Part shown: positions 35,594 to 45,760 of the stretch, one piece after another
How the letters are laid out: each line of letters starts with the position of its first letter
How positions within the stretch are numbered: the first letter of the stretch is position 1
Source of the DNA: Candidatus Doudnabacteria bacterium
GTDB taxonomy: Bacteria > Patescibacteriota > Doudnabacteria > UBA920 > O2-02-FULL-48-8
Length of the DNA: 64,000 nucleotides
Direction of reading: 5' to 3'
NCBI GenBank assembly: GCA_037200925.1
Contig: JBBCGO010000001.1
Coordinates: forward strand, 246,366-310,365
Notes under the pieces: model-generated
Seen by the model: only the letters and a program-made list of their open reading frames with translations
What the model was told of the DNA's origin: nothing
The model's database searches: none
Program-made: the position numbers and the translations under genes

Positions 35594-36328
35594 ATGAACT
35601 CTGACATCACACTTGAAGCCGAAGGGTTGAAATTTCCGGCTTACTTAAGTTCCCCTGAAGGCACGAACTTGCCTGCTATTCTGCTTATCCACGAAGTTTG
35701 GGGATTAAGTCCGCAGATAAAAAGCGTTGCCGACAGGCTGTCAGCGCAAGGATTCGTTGTCCTGGCGCCTGACCTTATCACTCACACCGGCATCACAGAA
35801 AAGATAAACCCTGAGCTGCTCAAGCAAGCCATGGATCCGGCCACGCGCGATGAAGCGCAGAAGAAGATCCGCGCCGCCTGGGCGCCGCTTAATATGCCGG
35901 AATTTGGCAAAGAAACAGTGGGCAGAACCCGGCATTGCTTTGATCATCTGGCGAATCTTCCGAATGTGGACCCGGGCCGGATATCCGTGATCGGCTTTTG
36001 TTTTGGCGGCACTTATACTTTCAGCCTGGCGGTGAATGAACCCAAACTGCACTCAGCCGTGGCCTTCTACGGTCATGCGCCTGAAAGCGAAGAAGAATTG
36101 GCCAAGATCAAATGCTCCGTCCTGGCATTCTACGGGGAAAAAGATGAGAACCTTATCAAGGACCTGCCCAAACTTGTGGAGCGAATGGATAAGCTGGAAA
36201 AAGATTTTGAATCTGTGGTCTATCCCAATTGCGGGCATGCGTTCTTCAACGACTCAAACCCGAACACATACAACAAACAAGCAGCCGAAGATGCTTGGAT
36301 AAAACTTTTGGATTTTTTGGGAAAATAA
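35594..36328 (+). CDS. Dienelactone hydrolase family protein
   Basis: 244 aa; LLIHEVWGL, IGFCFGG nucleophile region and C-terminal NCGHAF typical of DLH. Confidence 0.8.
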   Translation: MNSDITLEAEGLKFPAYLSSPEGTNLPAILLIHEVWGLSPQIKSVADRLSAQGFVVLAPDLITHTGITEKINPELLKQAMDPATRDEAQKKIRAAWAPLNMPEFGKETVGRTRHCFDHLANLPNVDPGRISVIGFCFGGTYTFSLAVNEPKLHSAVAFYGHAPESEEELAKIKCSVLAFYGEKDENLIKDLPKLVERMDKLEKDFESVVYPNCGHAFFNDSNPNTYNKQAAEDAWIKLLDFLGK

Positions 36329-36424
36329 AAACCTATGTCATCCTGAACTTGATTCAGGATCCAGTTATAATGTTTTGTCTCTGGATTCCAGCTTTCGCTG
36401 GAATGACAAGTGCAGGAGGACAAT

Positions 36425-36706
36425 ATGTCGGCCGACACGCATTTTCCGCCGGTCTGCCCAAAGTGCGGAGCTGGCGCTCTCTGTTTCCACGAGGACATTG
36501 GCAGAGAGGACTTCACGGACGAATACACTCTTATCTGCATCCAATGCGATCATAGGGAAAGCCAAAGCTTCTCCGGCGAATCCCAATTCGGCGACAGCCG
36601 CGAAAACCTCTGTCCGTACTGCGGACGCGGCCGGCGCGGGCACGAATCACCTGACCATCTTCTGCCGCCCAGCCTGCCGCCGCCAGGCTCGGGCACAATA
36701 CAATAG
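36425..36706 (+). CDS. Zinc-ribbon protein, hypothetical (GC-rich)
   Basis: CPKCGAG...CIQCDH...CPYCGRG; AGGAGGA 6 nt upstream of ATG 36425; terminator 36706..36733 downstream. Confidence 0.4.
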   Translation: MSADTHFPPVCPKCGAGALCFHEDIGREDFTDEYTLICIQCDHRESQSFSGESQFGDSRENLCPYCGRGRRGHESPDHLLPPSLPPPGSGTIQ

Positions 36707-36733
36707 CCGCGACTAAATGCCGCGGCTTTTTTT
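36706..36733 (+). terminator. Rho-independent terminator
   Basis: GCCGCG-actaaatgc-CGCGGC followed by T7. Confidence 0.6.
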
Positions 36734-36805
36734 ATTGGGGAAAAATAAAACCCGGGTCTGCGGAACTTTCGTTCACGCAGAACCGGGAAGGTGAAACTTT
36801 CCGCC

Positions 36806-37375
36806 TTAAGAATCCAAAAAATAATAACTCCGTTTCAAGAATTCATATAACGGCAGGCTATATGGATTATGGCTTTTCTCGGCGATCTCATCTATTTTGT
36901 ATCCGACCCGCATCCGGAGTTTGTGTACCAGAGCGATCATCACAGCTTCGTCGCCGAGCTCAGGCAGACCCGAGAGCGAATATATGAAAGGGTCGAAGCC
37001 GCGTATAGCTCCGCCCCACTGTTGTTTATCCGGATCACGGCTTTCCCAGCTGCTAAGATGCTCGGGATGTTCGGCCAGTCGTCCGGCCTTTTCTACGCAA
37101 TTCGTCAGATATTTCTCCGCTTTATCCGGCGGCACCGTGCCGACTGCCAGAATGATGAGCGCAAGACCGGTCTCGGCATCTGCCAGGCAAAAGTATGCCC
37201 CTGTTCGTGCTGCCCAAGCAGGATCATTTTCGAAGAATATCAAACTTTTGTCGAATATCACCCCGACCTCTTTGGCGATTTTATCAAGCGAAGGCATCTC
37301 TAACGGGCTGAAGCTCACAACCACCTCCTTAGTAATGCGAAATAACAAAATAGCACCCAAGGTGCCATTTGTCAA
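36806..37375 (-). CDS. Hypothetical protein
   Basis: 189 aa; minus-strand terminator 36741..36789 downstream. Confidence 0.4.
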   Translation of the reverse strand: MTNGTLGAILLFRITKEVVVSFSPLEMPSLDKIAKEVGVIFDKSLIFFENDPAWAARTGAYFCLADAETGLALIILAVGTVPPDKAEKYLTNCVEKAGRLAEHPEHLSSWESRDPDKQQWGGAIRGFDPFIYSLSGLPELGDEAVMIALVHKLRMRVGYKIDEIAEKSHNPYSLPLYEFLKRSYYFLDS

Positions 37376-37386
37376 CGCCTTCTGAA

Positions 37387-38277
37387 TTATTTCGTGAACA
37401 CGATGTCCCAGTAGCCGGTCGTATTTTCCGATTGGCCGGTGAAGTCATACGAGTTGGCATGCTTCAGCATCCGGGGTTTCAGGTTCCATAATTTGGCCAA
37501 AGCGATGGCGGTTTTGATCGAAGCCGGCGAATCCATATGGCGCAGGGTCAGTCCCCCGCCATCCATATTTTTTATCATATTGCCGGAATCCGCATCTAGC
37601 TGGTTGGCCACGTCGGTTGCTTGGTAATGCGAAAAGTCTACGCTGATCACGACTGTGATCTCATCTTTATATTTAGCCAGAACTTGCGCAACTTTTTCCA
37701 CTTCGGAATCGGGAGCAGCCGAGGAATAAATGATGGGCACAATGGTGCTGTCAGGATACAGCAGTTTGATGAACATGCTGTGCACGCCGATGGAGTGCTC
37801 GCCGTCAAAGCATCCGTCTATTTCCGAAACTCCGCCGTTCTTTATCAGATCATCAATGATGGCTGTGTTGCTGTCCAGAATTCCGTAAGGAGTATAGTAT
37901 GGGCGCTTGGTCGTGGACGCGGCCTTTTTACAGTGTTCATAATGATCGGGACCGACCACCACAAAGGTCTGGTGCGGGCTCTGCGATTGCTTGAGAGTAT
38001 TATACAGCTGTGCGATCAGAGAAACTGCGGTCGGCAAATGATGGGAAGTGATAGAGATCTGAGCGTTCGGAAGATTCGCCAAAGCTTTATACTGGGCCAT
38101 GGCCTGCTTGATCAGATCGCCGTATTCAAATCCCACTGCAGCCACGGGAGAAGAGCCTATGGGCGCAGTGGTAATACCTGCGATTTTCCCGCTTTGCCTG
38201 GTTGCGGCAAAAAAGCCGAGGCTCAGAAGCAGGACGCCCAGAATAAAGACTATGCCTGTCCGGGTGCTATTTGACAT
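37387..38277 (-). CDS. MEMO1-family protein (AmmeMemoRadiSam system protein B-like)
   Basis: 296 aa; GPDHYEH, EHSIGVH and VISVDFSHY resembling the MEMO histidine-rich metal site; N-terminal TM/signal. Confidence 0.55.
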   Translation of the reverse strand: MSNSTRTGIVFILGVLLLSLGFFAATRQSGKIAGITTAPIGSSPVAAVGFEYGDLIKQAMAQYKALANLPNAQISITSHHLPTAVSLIAQLYNTLKQSQSPHQTFVVVGPDHYEHCKKAASTTKRPYYTPYGILDSNTAIIDDLIKNGGVSEIDGCFDGEHSIGVHSMFIKLLYPDSTIVPIIYSSAAPDSEVEKVAQVLAKYKDEITVVISVDFSHYQATDVANQLDADSGNMIKNMDGGGLTLRHMDSPASIKTAIALAKLWNLKPRMLKHANSYDFTGQSENTTGYWDIVFTK

Positions 38278-41200
38278 TGATCTTGACCGTGTCGGAGAAG
38301 TTCACATCATCAGGATTGAGAGCTGACTGGATCTGTGCCGGGCTGGCCGTAAAGTCGCCTTTGTTCACTGCTCTCGCATAGTACTGGACTGCCGGCTCGC
38401 ATTGCGAAAAAGTACTGAAGTTCTTCGGGACGGTAAAGTAGAGTTTATTATCCACCACTTTATCCGGGTACCACAGGCAGTTGTAGCCCTGGTCAATTCC
38501 CAGAGTGTACGGGTCAGTCACGGGCTTTAGGCCGCTCGGCAGATAATCCACGATCTGATAATCGCCGTTTAGGGCTTTGGCCCCGACCTTGGGGAAAAGT
38601 TTGACTTTCACAATGTCGGAATCGTTAAAGCTGGTGGTGGCCTTGCCGTTGACCACGTATTGGCGGGTCAGGGATAGGTTGGCATCGCGGGCCACGGTAG
38701 CCGAATTCAGGCTTTGTTCAAAGAAACTTGAGACTTGCATATCGCCGGAAATATTGCTGAAGTTCAGACTCTTAAGTTCATCTTCAGAAAGCGTAACGCT
38801 GTAGGTATCGCCGTTCTGCAGACTCACATCCTCTGACCTGGCATTGGTCTGGTAATGCAGTTTGGCGGCGCTCTGGCTCGTTTGCGCGATCGCAGACTTG
38901 ATGAACATTACTCTTTGTAAAATATCCAGATCCTTGGCCGGCGGATGACCCTGCATATAATTCCACAGTAAGTCTGCATCATCGGTCAGGTTCAGGTCTG
39001 AGGCCAGAACCGCGGCCGTGTCACTCAGCTTGATCTGCGCATCATTCTCGCCAAGTTCGGCAAACCAGGCCTGTGAGCCGTCAACGTGCAGGTGCGGGTG
39101 AATATCTTTCTGATACAGATTTCTTGCTTCTTCCAGATCTCCAAGCTTGACTAAGCCTAACGCTACATAGACCTTATCCTGCCAGGTCAAGTCTGCAACT
39201 GTCTGGATGTCCTGCAATCTCGATAAGACCGGTTTGCCAAGGCTGGCCAGGCCATACAGCGCTAGGGCCTGCCTGTGCAGGTCAGTTTTCGTGTCATGCA
39301 AAGCTGCGGTAAAATAATCACCCACGCTGTTCTGCGACACATAGCCTCCGGCCAGGTCCGAAACATACGCGCTCAGTTCCAGGTCCGGATCGCTGTAAGG
39401 AAGAAGCCTGATGCCTCCCGCATCCGAAGAAACATATGCGCTTAAGTCCAGTTTATCTTGCGGCTGCGCTTTGAAATAATTACTCAGGATATCCGCGGCA
39501 AAATAGCTTCCCACAACCTGGTCCACGCGCAGGCCTCCGGAATAACTGCTATAGAGCAGGTCCTGATAGAATTTTCCTTTACCCGCATCCATGAACTCAA
39601 GCTTCGTGAACCCGCCCGGGTTTCCGGCCAGGCTTTGGTTGCCGGATACGACTTTTACTGTGCTGACCGAAGGCTTGGTATAGTAGCTGTTGGAAACGGT
39701 GATGTGTTTTTTCAAAGCATCTGACAGGGCTCCTTGTTTTCCTGAAATGACCAGATCAAATTCGCCTTGAGGCAGATTGCCGAGGGTGATGGTGGCCTGA
39801 TGGTTTTTCAGGGTCACGGTCTGGTTGAATTTCAAGCCGTCGCTGGCGATGCTGACCTGCGCATCCTGGTCCGTATGGTATCCGGTGCCGTACAATCCGA
39901 TCTTGACCTGCGGGTTGTCGCCGGTAAGATAAGAGTCGGACAGGACCGCGTTGACGAACAGGGGCAGGGTTGAAGGGACGAGTTTTGTGTTCTCGCCGGC
40001 TTTGAGAGTGTTGGTGTCAAACGACCTGGCCGTCACTCTCCAGGAAGTGATATTGTCCGCGGTGGTAAAATCCATTTTGGCATTGCCGGAAGCATCCGTC
40101 TGCAAGGTCTGGAATGCTGCGGTGTCAATAAAATTAGACCTTACCGAAGTGCCGCCTTTTTCCGCATTGTGCACGTAGATCCCGTCCGCAAAATAAGTAT
40201 GGTATTTGCCGACAATGATATTATAAACAGTGGTGTGCGGCGCGTTCCGATGCGCAATGGACCTGATGATCTGGGTTCGTCCGTCAGTTAAGACCAGCGT
40301 ATCGCCGACCTTGGCATTGCCCGCAAGATCCCAGTCGCCATTGAGGAATATCTTATGCTCTTCGGTCACCTGCAAATTGTTGTTGATGATCAGGAAATCA
40401 TCAACCTCGTGGCTGGATATGCCCTGCACGATCGCGGGCACCAGTGTGCGGCTGGACGGATCTTTAAAGGTCAGCAGCTCGTCGCCAATCTTGATATTTT
40501 CAATTCCTATGGTATGCCCGCTGGCGAGCAGGATCTGCGTGCCCGCAGTAAAGCAGCCGCCTTTTTCCGCGCCGCCTCCGGCCGCATATTTCGGCAGCAA
40601 ATAATCCGTGGAGCCGGTAAGAGGATAGGTGTAGATGGTTTGGTACAGGCTGTCCAGGATCTGCTGCTGCGAAGTATAGGGCAGGACATGGAACACGGCT
40701 TCATCCACTATCGCCACATTGGTCTGGGCGGCCAGGGGCTTTCCGTCCTTGTCCGTGATGTGGAATGAAAGCGCAACCTTGTCCCCCGGCCGGTAGCTGA
40801 CCTTGTCCGAAGAAATGTTGATCTTGATGTTATTGTCGCTGGCCTTGAACAGCGCAAACACTGAATTGCTTTCTTCAAACCCGTACGGGCCCAAGACCAC
40901 GGCCATGTACTGGACCGAAGGCGCAAAGTCATTGCCGAAGTTCTCGGTAAAGGTCGGGCTCTTGGCCACCACGGCTTTGGAAATGCTGTTCTGGAACCGG
41001 TAGTAGAGGATGGGCTGATCGGCGATATTCGTAGTCCCTGATCCCTGCACGGTCAGGTTCACCGGGTCATTGAAAGAAAATTCTTTCTGGTAGGTTTCGT
41101 TGTTGATGTTCAAGGAAAGGCCGGACGGGTTCCAGACATCATAGTTAGCATAAAAAGCGTAAGTCTGGGCCGTAGCAATGCGTCCCTGCGCATCGGTGAC

Positions 41201-43819
41201 GCTGAAGGTGATGGTGTAATAAGTATTGTCGGCTTTGGGCAGATTTTTGGCAAAGCTCCATTCGCCGTTGCTGTCCGTGGTGCCGCTGACCGGGTCCAGA
41301 TCCAGATCGCTGCGGACATAGTCGTAAGTCTTATTTACGGTTTTATTGATCGGATCATAATAATTTCCGGTCTCCACCTGGTTATAAGTAGTTTTGGTGA
41401 TCTTGGCGCTGATGGGATAATTGGCCACAGGTCCGGCAATATATTCGGTCCGAAATCCTCCGTTGTCGTCCGGCACCTGGTTATTGATGTCAATGTTGTT
41501 GACCTTGGCTTTGAAAGTATAATTGTCGCCGGACTGCTTGGCCTGGTCAGCCTGCAGATACATGTGCGGGCCGAAGACCAGCACATCCCCGGTGCCGGAG
41601 ATCTGCCCTTCTTCCGCGGTAGCCGGGGTAAAATTCAAACTCAAATCGCGCGGATAATAAGAATCCACGTCAGCGACATAATCGGGAGTTTGTGTTACGG
41701 TGGCCTGCCCATTATTATCCAGCGTCACCTGGCCGGTAATGTCGCCGTTCCAATATGCATTGTAATTAAGCGTGATGTTGTTCAGCGGAGTGCCGTCAAA
41801 GAATGCGCCCTTGACCGTGAACGTCACCGGATCTCCGGCAAAGATCGCAGGCTTATCCGTGGTCACTGTCAACTGGTAAGAGGGTTTGGTGTAGGTCAGA
41901 ACTTCAATGCTGCTCTGGCTTACGGTTTCATTGCCGAATAAGACCACCAGATTGTAAGTTTTCGGGTCCAGGCCCTGAAATGACAGGCTGCCTTCGATCG
42001 TATTGAAAGGCGTGACCATAACATCGGTGGAGACGACCGGCTGCTGCTGGCTGAAATCAGCATTGTAATCATAGAATCTGGAATTGTCGTAGAGCGCAAC
42101 TGTGACCTTCTTCTGCCGGACATCTTCTTTGCGGGATTTCACCACGCCCCAGAACCTGACCGTGTCGGTCATCTGGTATGTGTAGCGGTCCGTGGACATG
42201 AATTTCCAATAATTGTCCCCGGAATTTACGCCGCTGCCGGTGTACCCCCACCTATCCTGGATCTTTACGAACGTAACATTTTTATCCGCGTCGGTAACTT
42301 TGAAGAACGAAGGATTGGGATTGAGGCTGGTGTTTTCCGCTTTCAGCGGGTCCGGCGTGTTGAACTGCAATAGGCCGTCCGCATTACTTACGCCCAAATT
42401 CTGGCTGCTGCTGCCGGACTGCACGAAATCCACGCTCGCGTTTTTCAAAGCGGTCTTGGAGCTAAAATCATCCAGCCAGAGCAGGCCTGTGTCATGCGTC
42501 ACGGAAAAATAATGGGCAGCGCCGGTGACCTGCAGCCAGACTTGCTTGTGCTGGCCGGCCAGAGTCACGTCCACCACATACAGACCTTTGTTTAAGACTT
42601 GCGGAATTTCTATATAACTTTGGTAGTCCTGGACCACCACGTCCGGTTTGAATGTCAGCACCGGCTGTTTTCCTTTGGTGTCATAGCTTACCGGATTGTT
42701 CTGGCGGTAGTAATTCGTCCAGCCCCAGCTCCAGGTCCGGCTGTTCTGGTAACTGGTTAGGAATTCATCAGGGCTGCTGATGCTGTAAACACTGACAGAC
42801 AGATCATTGCTATTAACATTGTTGCTGTATGCGCTCAAATCGGTTTTAATGCCTGCCGGAGCTTCCACAAAGTCATTGGAAAAACTAAAATAGCTGCTGG
42901 GTTGGGTATAATTGCTCAGCGTTTCAAAAGCGAACTGATAATCATCAGACAAACTATCGGTACTTCCTTGCGTCTTCAGGCCTTTTTTGATAGTGACCGT
43001 ATAGACCGTATTCTCGGCCAGAGGATTTTTCGGCAAAAACACTGCCGTGTCATCATAAACCTCGAACCGTCCGTCAACTTTGGGTGCAATGGTAAAATAT
43101 TGGTCCATGTTCTGGATGTTCGTGCGGTTAAAGGTCATTTCTATCCCGGTGTTGGTCGGCACATAAGTCGTCTTATTTCCGGGAAGGGTTTTGAGCACCT
43201 GGAAACCGGCTTTGACCTGAAAAGCCCAGCCGTATTGCCGGTCAGCGTAGATCTTATCGTTGATCAGGCTCTGGTAGACGATGCCCGCTTTCAGATCTTC
43301 CGTGGGCTGCAGCTGGTAGCTATATGAACCCGCGCTATCGGCAGCCAAGGCGCTTTTTATAATAGGATTGCCAAGGCCCACCTGTTTGACCGAGAAATTT
43401 ACAGGAGGGTTGAATTTTAGAATTTTTTGGACCTGGCTGCCTGATAAGGCCTGCGAGCTTTGCAGTGTGAAAGCTGTGTGCGGATTGACCCCGGCCGCGT
43501 CCTGCATGGTCGCTTTCAGTACAAATTGCGCAGGAAGAGGATGGCCGGAAAACAATTTCCATCCGATGAATATTAAAAGCAAGACCAGAACTATGGCTGC
43601 TGCCGCATAGACCGGTTTGCGGAAAAATTTTTTAGTTTTGCCGGTTGAACTTAAACCTTCGGCTTCAACATGATTTGGCTGCATAGAACTAAAAGCCTGG
43701 TCTATATCCGCTGGCTGCCAACCCTCGTTCATGAGATTTTGCCTGATCGCATCATCGCTTAAGCCGGCGCTTCTGGATTGTTTGATATATTCTGATGCAT
43801 GCGCATGCTCAATTGCCAT
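38267..43819 (-). CDS. Giant membrane-anchored surface protein (1850 aa) containing a mini-Hint/bacterial intein-like domain
   Basis: short cytoplasmic N-terminus, single TM (AAAAIVLVLLLIFIGW), N/T/S/Y-rich extracellular region; Hint module CFTAGTQILLASG...YVHN. Confidence 0.75.
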   Translation of the reverse strand: MAIEHAHASEYIKQSRSAGLSDDAIRQNLMNEGWQPADIDQAFSSMQPNHVEAEGLSSTGKTKKFFRKPVYAAAAIVLVLLLIFIGWKLFSGHPLPAQFVLKATMQDAAGVNPHTAFTLQSSQALSGSQVQKILKFNPPVNFSVKQVGLGNPIIKSALAADSAGSYSYQLQPTEDLKAGIVYQSLINDKIYADRQYGWAFQVKAGFQVLKTLPGNKTTYVPTNTGIEMTFNRTNIQNMDQYFTIAPKVDGRFEVYDDTAVFLPKNPLAENTVYTVTIKKGLKTQGSTDSLSDDYQFAFETLSNYTQPSSYFSFSNDFVEAPAGIKTDLSAYSNNVNSNDLSVSVYSISSPDEFLTSYQNSRTWSWGWTNYYRQNNPVSYDTKGKQPVLTFKPDVVVQDYQSYIEIPQVLNKGLYVVDVTLAGQHKQVWLQVTGAAHYFSVTHDTGLLWLDDFSSKTALKNASVDFVQSGSSSQNLGVSNADGLLQFNTPDPLKAENTSLNPNPSFFKVTDADKNVTFVKIQDRWGYTGSGVNSGDNYWKFMSTDRYTYQMTDTVRFWGVVKSRKEDVRQKKVTVALYDNSRFYDYNADFSQQQPVVSTDVMVTPFNTIEGSLSFQGLDPKTYNLVVLFGNETVSQSSIEVLTYTKPSYQLTVTTDKPAIFAGDPVTFTVKGAFFDGTPLNNITLNYNAYWNGDITGQVTLDNNGQATVTQTPDYVADVDSYYPRDLSLNFTPATAEEGQISGTGDVLVFGPHMYLQADQAKQSGDNYTFKAKVNNIDINNQVPDDNGGFRTEYIAGPVANYPISAKITKTTYNQVETGNYYDPINKTVNKTYDYVRSDLDLDPVSGTTDSNGEWSFAKNLPKADNTYYTITFSVTDAQGRIATAQTYAFYANYDVWNPSGLSLNINNETYQKEFSFNDPVNLTVQGSGTTNIADQPILYYRFQNSISKAVVAKSPTFTENFGNDFAPSVQYMAVVLGPYGFEESNSVFALFKASDNNIKINISSDKVSYRPGDKVALSFHITDKDGKPLAAQTNVAIVDEAVFHVLPYTSQQQILDSLYQTIYTYPLTGSTDYLLPKYAAGGGAEKGGCFTAGTQILLASGHTIGIENIKIGDELLTFKDPSSRTLVPAIVQGISSHEVDDFLIINNNLQVTEEHKIFLNGDWDLAGNAKVGDTLVLTDGRTQIIRSIAHRNAPHTTVYNIIVGKYHTYFADGIYVHNAEKGGTSVRSNFIDTAAFQTLQTDASGNAKMDFTTADNITSWRVTARSFDTNTLKAGENTKLVPSTLPLFVNAVLSDSYLTGDNPQVKIGLYGTGYHTDQDAQVSIASDGLKFNQTVTLKNHQATITLGNLPQGEFDLVISGKQGALSDALKKHITVSNSYYTKPSVSTVKVVSGNQSLAGNPGGFTKLEFMDAGKGKFYQDLLYSSYSGGLRVDQVVGSYFAADILSNYFKAQPQDKLDLSAYVSSDAGGIRLLPYSDPDLELSAYVSDLAGGYVSQNSVGDYFTAALHDTKTDLHRQALALYGLASLGKPVLSRLQDIQTVADLTWQDKVYVALGLVKLGDLEEARNLYQKDIHPHLHVDGSQAWFAELGENDAQIKLSDTAAVLASDLNLTDDADLLWNYMQGHPPAKDLDILQRVMFIKSAIAQTSQSAAKLHYQTNARSEDVSLQNGDTYSVTLSEDELKSLNFSNISGDMQVSSFFEQSLNSATVARDANLSLTRQYVVNGKATTSFNDSDIVKVKLFPKVGAKALNGDYQIVDYLPSGLKPVTDPYTLGIDQGYNCLWYPDKVVDNKLYFTVPKNFSTFSQCEPAVQYYARAVNKGDFTASPAQIQSALNPDDVNFSDTVKINVK
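40166..40555 (-). other. Hint/BIL (bacterial intein-like) module, 130 aa, flanked by perfect 15-bp direct repeats GCCGCCTTTTTCCGC (40151..40165 and 40556..40570)
   Basis: GG|CFTAGTQ N-terminal block A, C-terminal HN followed by Ala (AEKGG); AEKGG encoded on both flanks. Confidence 0.7.
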
Positions 43820-43889
43820 ATATTAATAGTTGTTTAATTGCTTCAATTATACACTAAATCCGGTTATTGCTCACGTTTTTGCTTGGGTC

Positions 43890-43921
43890 AAAATAAAAGC
43901 CTCAGGCTGACCCTGAGGCGT
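43890..43921 (-). terminator. Rho-independent terminator downstream of greA
   Basis: GCCTCAGG-ctgac-CCTGAGGC followed by TTTTATTTT on minus strand. Confidence 0.6.
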
Positions 43922-43925
43922 TGAT

Positions 43926-44387
43926 TCATTCAATATCGATTATCTCGTATTCGGTTTTTCCGGCCGGGGTTTCCACCGGGATCTTATCCCCTTTCTTGGC
44001 CCCGAGCAGGGCGCGGCCGACCAGGCTTTCGTTGCTGATCTTTCCGGTCGCAGGATTGGCTTCGTTTGCCCCCACGATCGTATATTTTATTTCATTTCCG
44101 TTGATGCGAAGCGAGACTGTGGATCCGATCGAGACCATATTGTTATTGTTGTTTTTCGCGATGATCTGGGCATTCTTGATCATTTCCTCGATTTCCATAA
44201 TGCGGCCTTCAATGAAAGCCTGTTCTTCCTTGGCCTGCGCGTAATCGGCATTTTCCGACAGATCACCGTGCGAAACCGCTTCCTGAATGCGCTCGATCAC
44301 CTCCTTGCGCCGTTCTTCCTTCAGAACCTTTAATTCAGCGCGGAGTTTCTTCAACCCGTCTTCCGTCAACAATACAGCTTTTGACAT
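43926..44387 (-). CDS. greA: Transcription elongation factor GreA
   Basis: 153 aa; N-terminal coiled coil with DLSENADYAQAKEEQ and C-terminal FKBP-like domain. Confidence 0.85.
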   Translation of the reverse strand: MSKAVLLTEDGLKKLRAELKVLKEERRKEVIERIQEAVSHGDLSENADYAQAKEEQAFIEGRIMEIEEMIKNAQIIAKNNNNNMVSIGSTVSLRINGNEIKYTIVGANEANPATGKISNESLVGRALLGAKKGDKIPVETPAGKTEYEIIDIE

Positions 44388-44491
44388 AATTTACTTGATT
44401 TAAGGGCCTAAAATTTGGTCCTTGATTAATGAGCCTGCAATACTATAATCCATATAATGATGCCTGTCAATTGGATGTTACAGGCTACACG

Positions 44492-45760
44492 TTACACGAT
44501 AAGAAACCAGATGGTCAAGACGCTGACGATGGTCATAAAAGCTGTGATGATCCACCCCATGGTCGTGATCAGCGGATGGTTCGTCCACTCCTTCATGACC
44601 TTGCGGTTGGAGGAAAGCAAGACTATCACAGCCAGAATAAATGGCGAGACCAGGCCGTTCAGCACTGCCGAATAGATGAGCATTTTGATCACGTCCAGAT
44701 GCAAAAAATTTATAAGCAATCCGACGATCATGGAAACGACAATTACTCCGTAAAACGCATATGCCTGCTTAAACTTCCAGGACAATCCTTCGCGCCAGCC
44801 GAAGCTTTCAGTGATAGCGTACGAAGACGATCCGGCCAGCACCGGTATGCCAAGCAAGCCCGTACCGATGATGCCGATGGTGAACAGCAAAAAAGCAAAG
44901 TTTCCGGCCAAAGGCTTTAAGGCCAATGCTGCCTGGGACGCATCACTGATCTGCGTGATGCCATGGGAGAACAAAGTTGCGGCGCAGACCACGATGATAA
45001 AGAACATCACCAGGTTGGATAAGAACATGCCGGACCAGACATCTACGCGCATCTTACGAATCTCGGCAGGTGTGGTCTGGGCCTGCCTTTGCTTTAAGGA
45101 AGTTTTGCCTTCCATGATCTGCTCTTCCACTTCCTGCGAAGTTTGCCAAAAAAATAGGTAAGGCGAAATAGTGGTTCCCAGAATTGCAGTTAAAATTATC
45201 AGGCTATCCTTATTGAACGCGATCTTCGGCAGCAGGATGTATTTTGCGGCAGAGGCCCAGTCAACATGCACAATAAAGCCCGTAAAAACATAAGCCAGCA
45301 AAACCAGGGCAACCCACTTCAGGATCCGCGCGTAGGATTGGTAGGTTGTAAAGATCTGCAGATATAAAGTTAAAGCGGTGAAGGCAATCAGCAATACCGC
45401 AAAATTTATCGGCACCAGCAGTTCCACTGCTTTGGCCATGATCCCGAGGTCCGCACCCAGATTGAACGTATTGGCCACAAACAGCAGGACCGCCCAAAGA
45501 TACAGGATCCATCTCGGATAATTGCGCGCCACAGCCCCTGCCAATCCTCGGCCTGTGACAATGCCGATCCTGGCGCACATCTCCTGGATGATGGCCATGA
45601 ACGGAAAGGTAAAAGCCGCTGTCCATAAAAATTTAAAACCGAATCCGGCCCCTGCCTGCGAGTAAGTGGCAATGCCGGACGGGTCATCATCCGCAGCACC
45701 AGTGGTCAACCCCGGCCCGAGCATATGCCAGTAATCGGAAACTTTATTTTTGGTTGCCAT
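44492..45760 (-). CDS. mntH: Nramp-family divalent metal (Mn2+/Fe2+) transporter
   Basis: 422 aa, multi-TM; GPGLTTGAADDDPSGIATYSQAGA matches Nramp GPG...DPGN consensus region. Confidence 0.75.
   Translation of the reverse strand: MATKNKVSDYWHMLGPGLTTGAADDDPSGIATYSQAGAGFGFKFLWTAAFTFPFMAIIQEMCARIGIVTGRGLAGAVARNYPRWILYLWAVLLFVANTFNLGADLGIMAKAVELLVPINFAVLLIAFTALTLYLQIFTTYQSYARILKWVALVLLAYVFTGFIVHVDWASAAKYILLPKIAFNKDSLIILTAILGTTISPYLFFWQTSQEVEEQIMEGKTSLKQRQAQTTPAEIRKMRVDVWSGMFLSNLVMFFIIVVCAATLFSHGITQISDASQAALALKPLAGNFAFLLFTIGIIGTGLLGIPVLAGSSSYAITESFGWREGLSWKFKQAYAFYGVIVVSMIVGLLINFLHLDVIKMLIYSAVLNGLVSPFILAVIVLLSSNRKVMKEWTNHPLITTMGWIITAFMTIVSVLTIWFLIV

Noticed and set aside
40166-40555. Canonical protein-splicing intein
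   Set aside because: Residue +1 after the His-Asn is Ala (not Cys/Ser/Thr), and no homing-endonuclease domain is present; a BIL-type Hint domain is the better interpretation.
38267-43819. Alpha-2-macroglobulin-like identity for the 1850-aa protein
   Set aside because: No CxEQ thioester motif and no lipoprotein signal; architecture (cytoplasmic N-term, single TM, N/T/S-rich ectodomain with Hint module) fits a surface adhesin-like giant protein instead.
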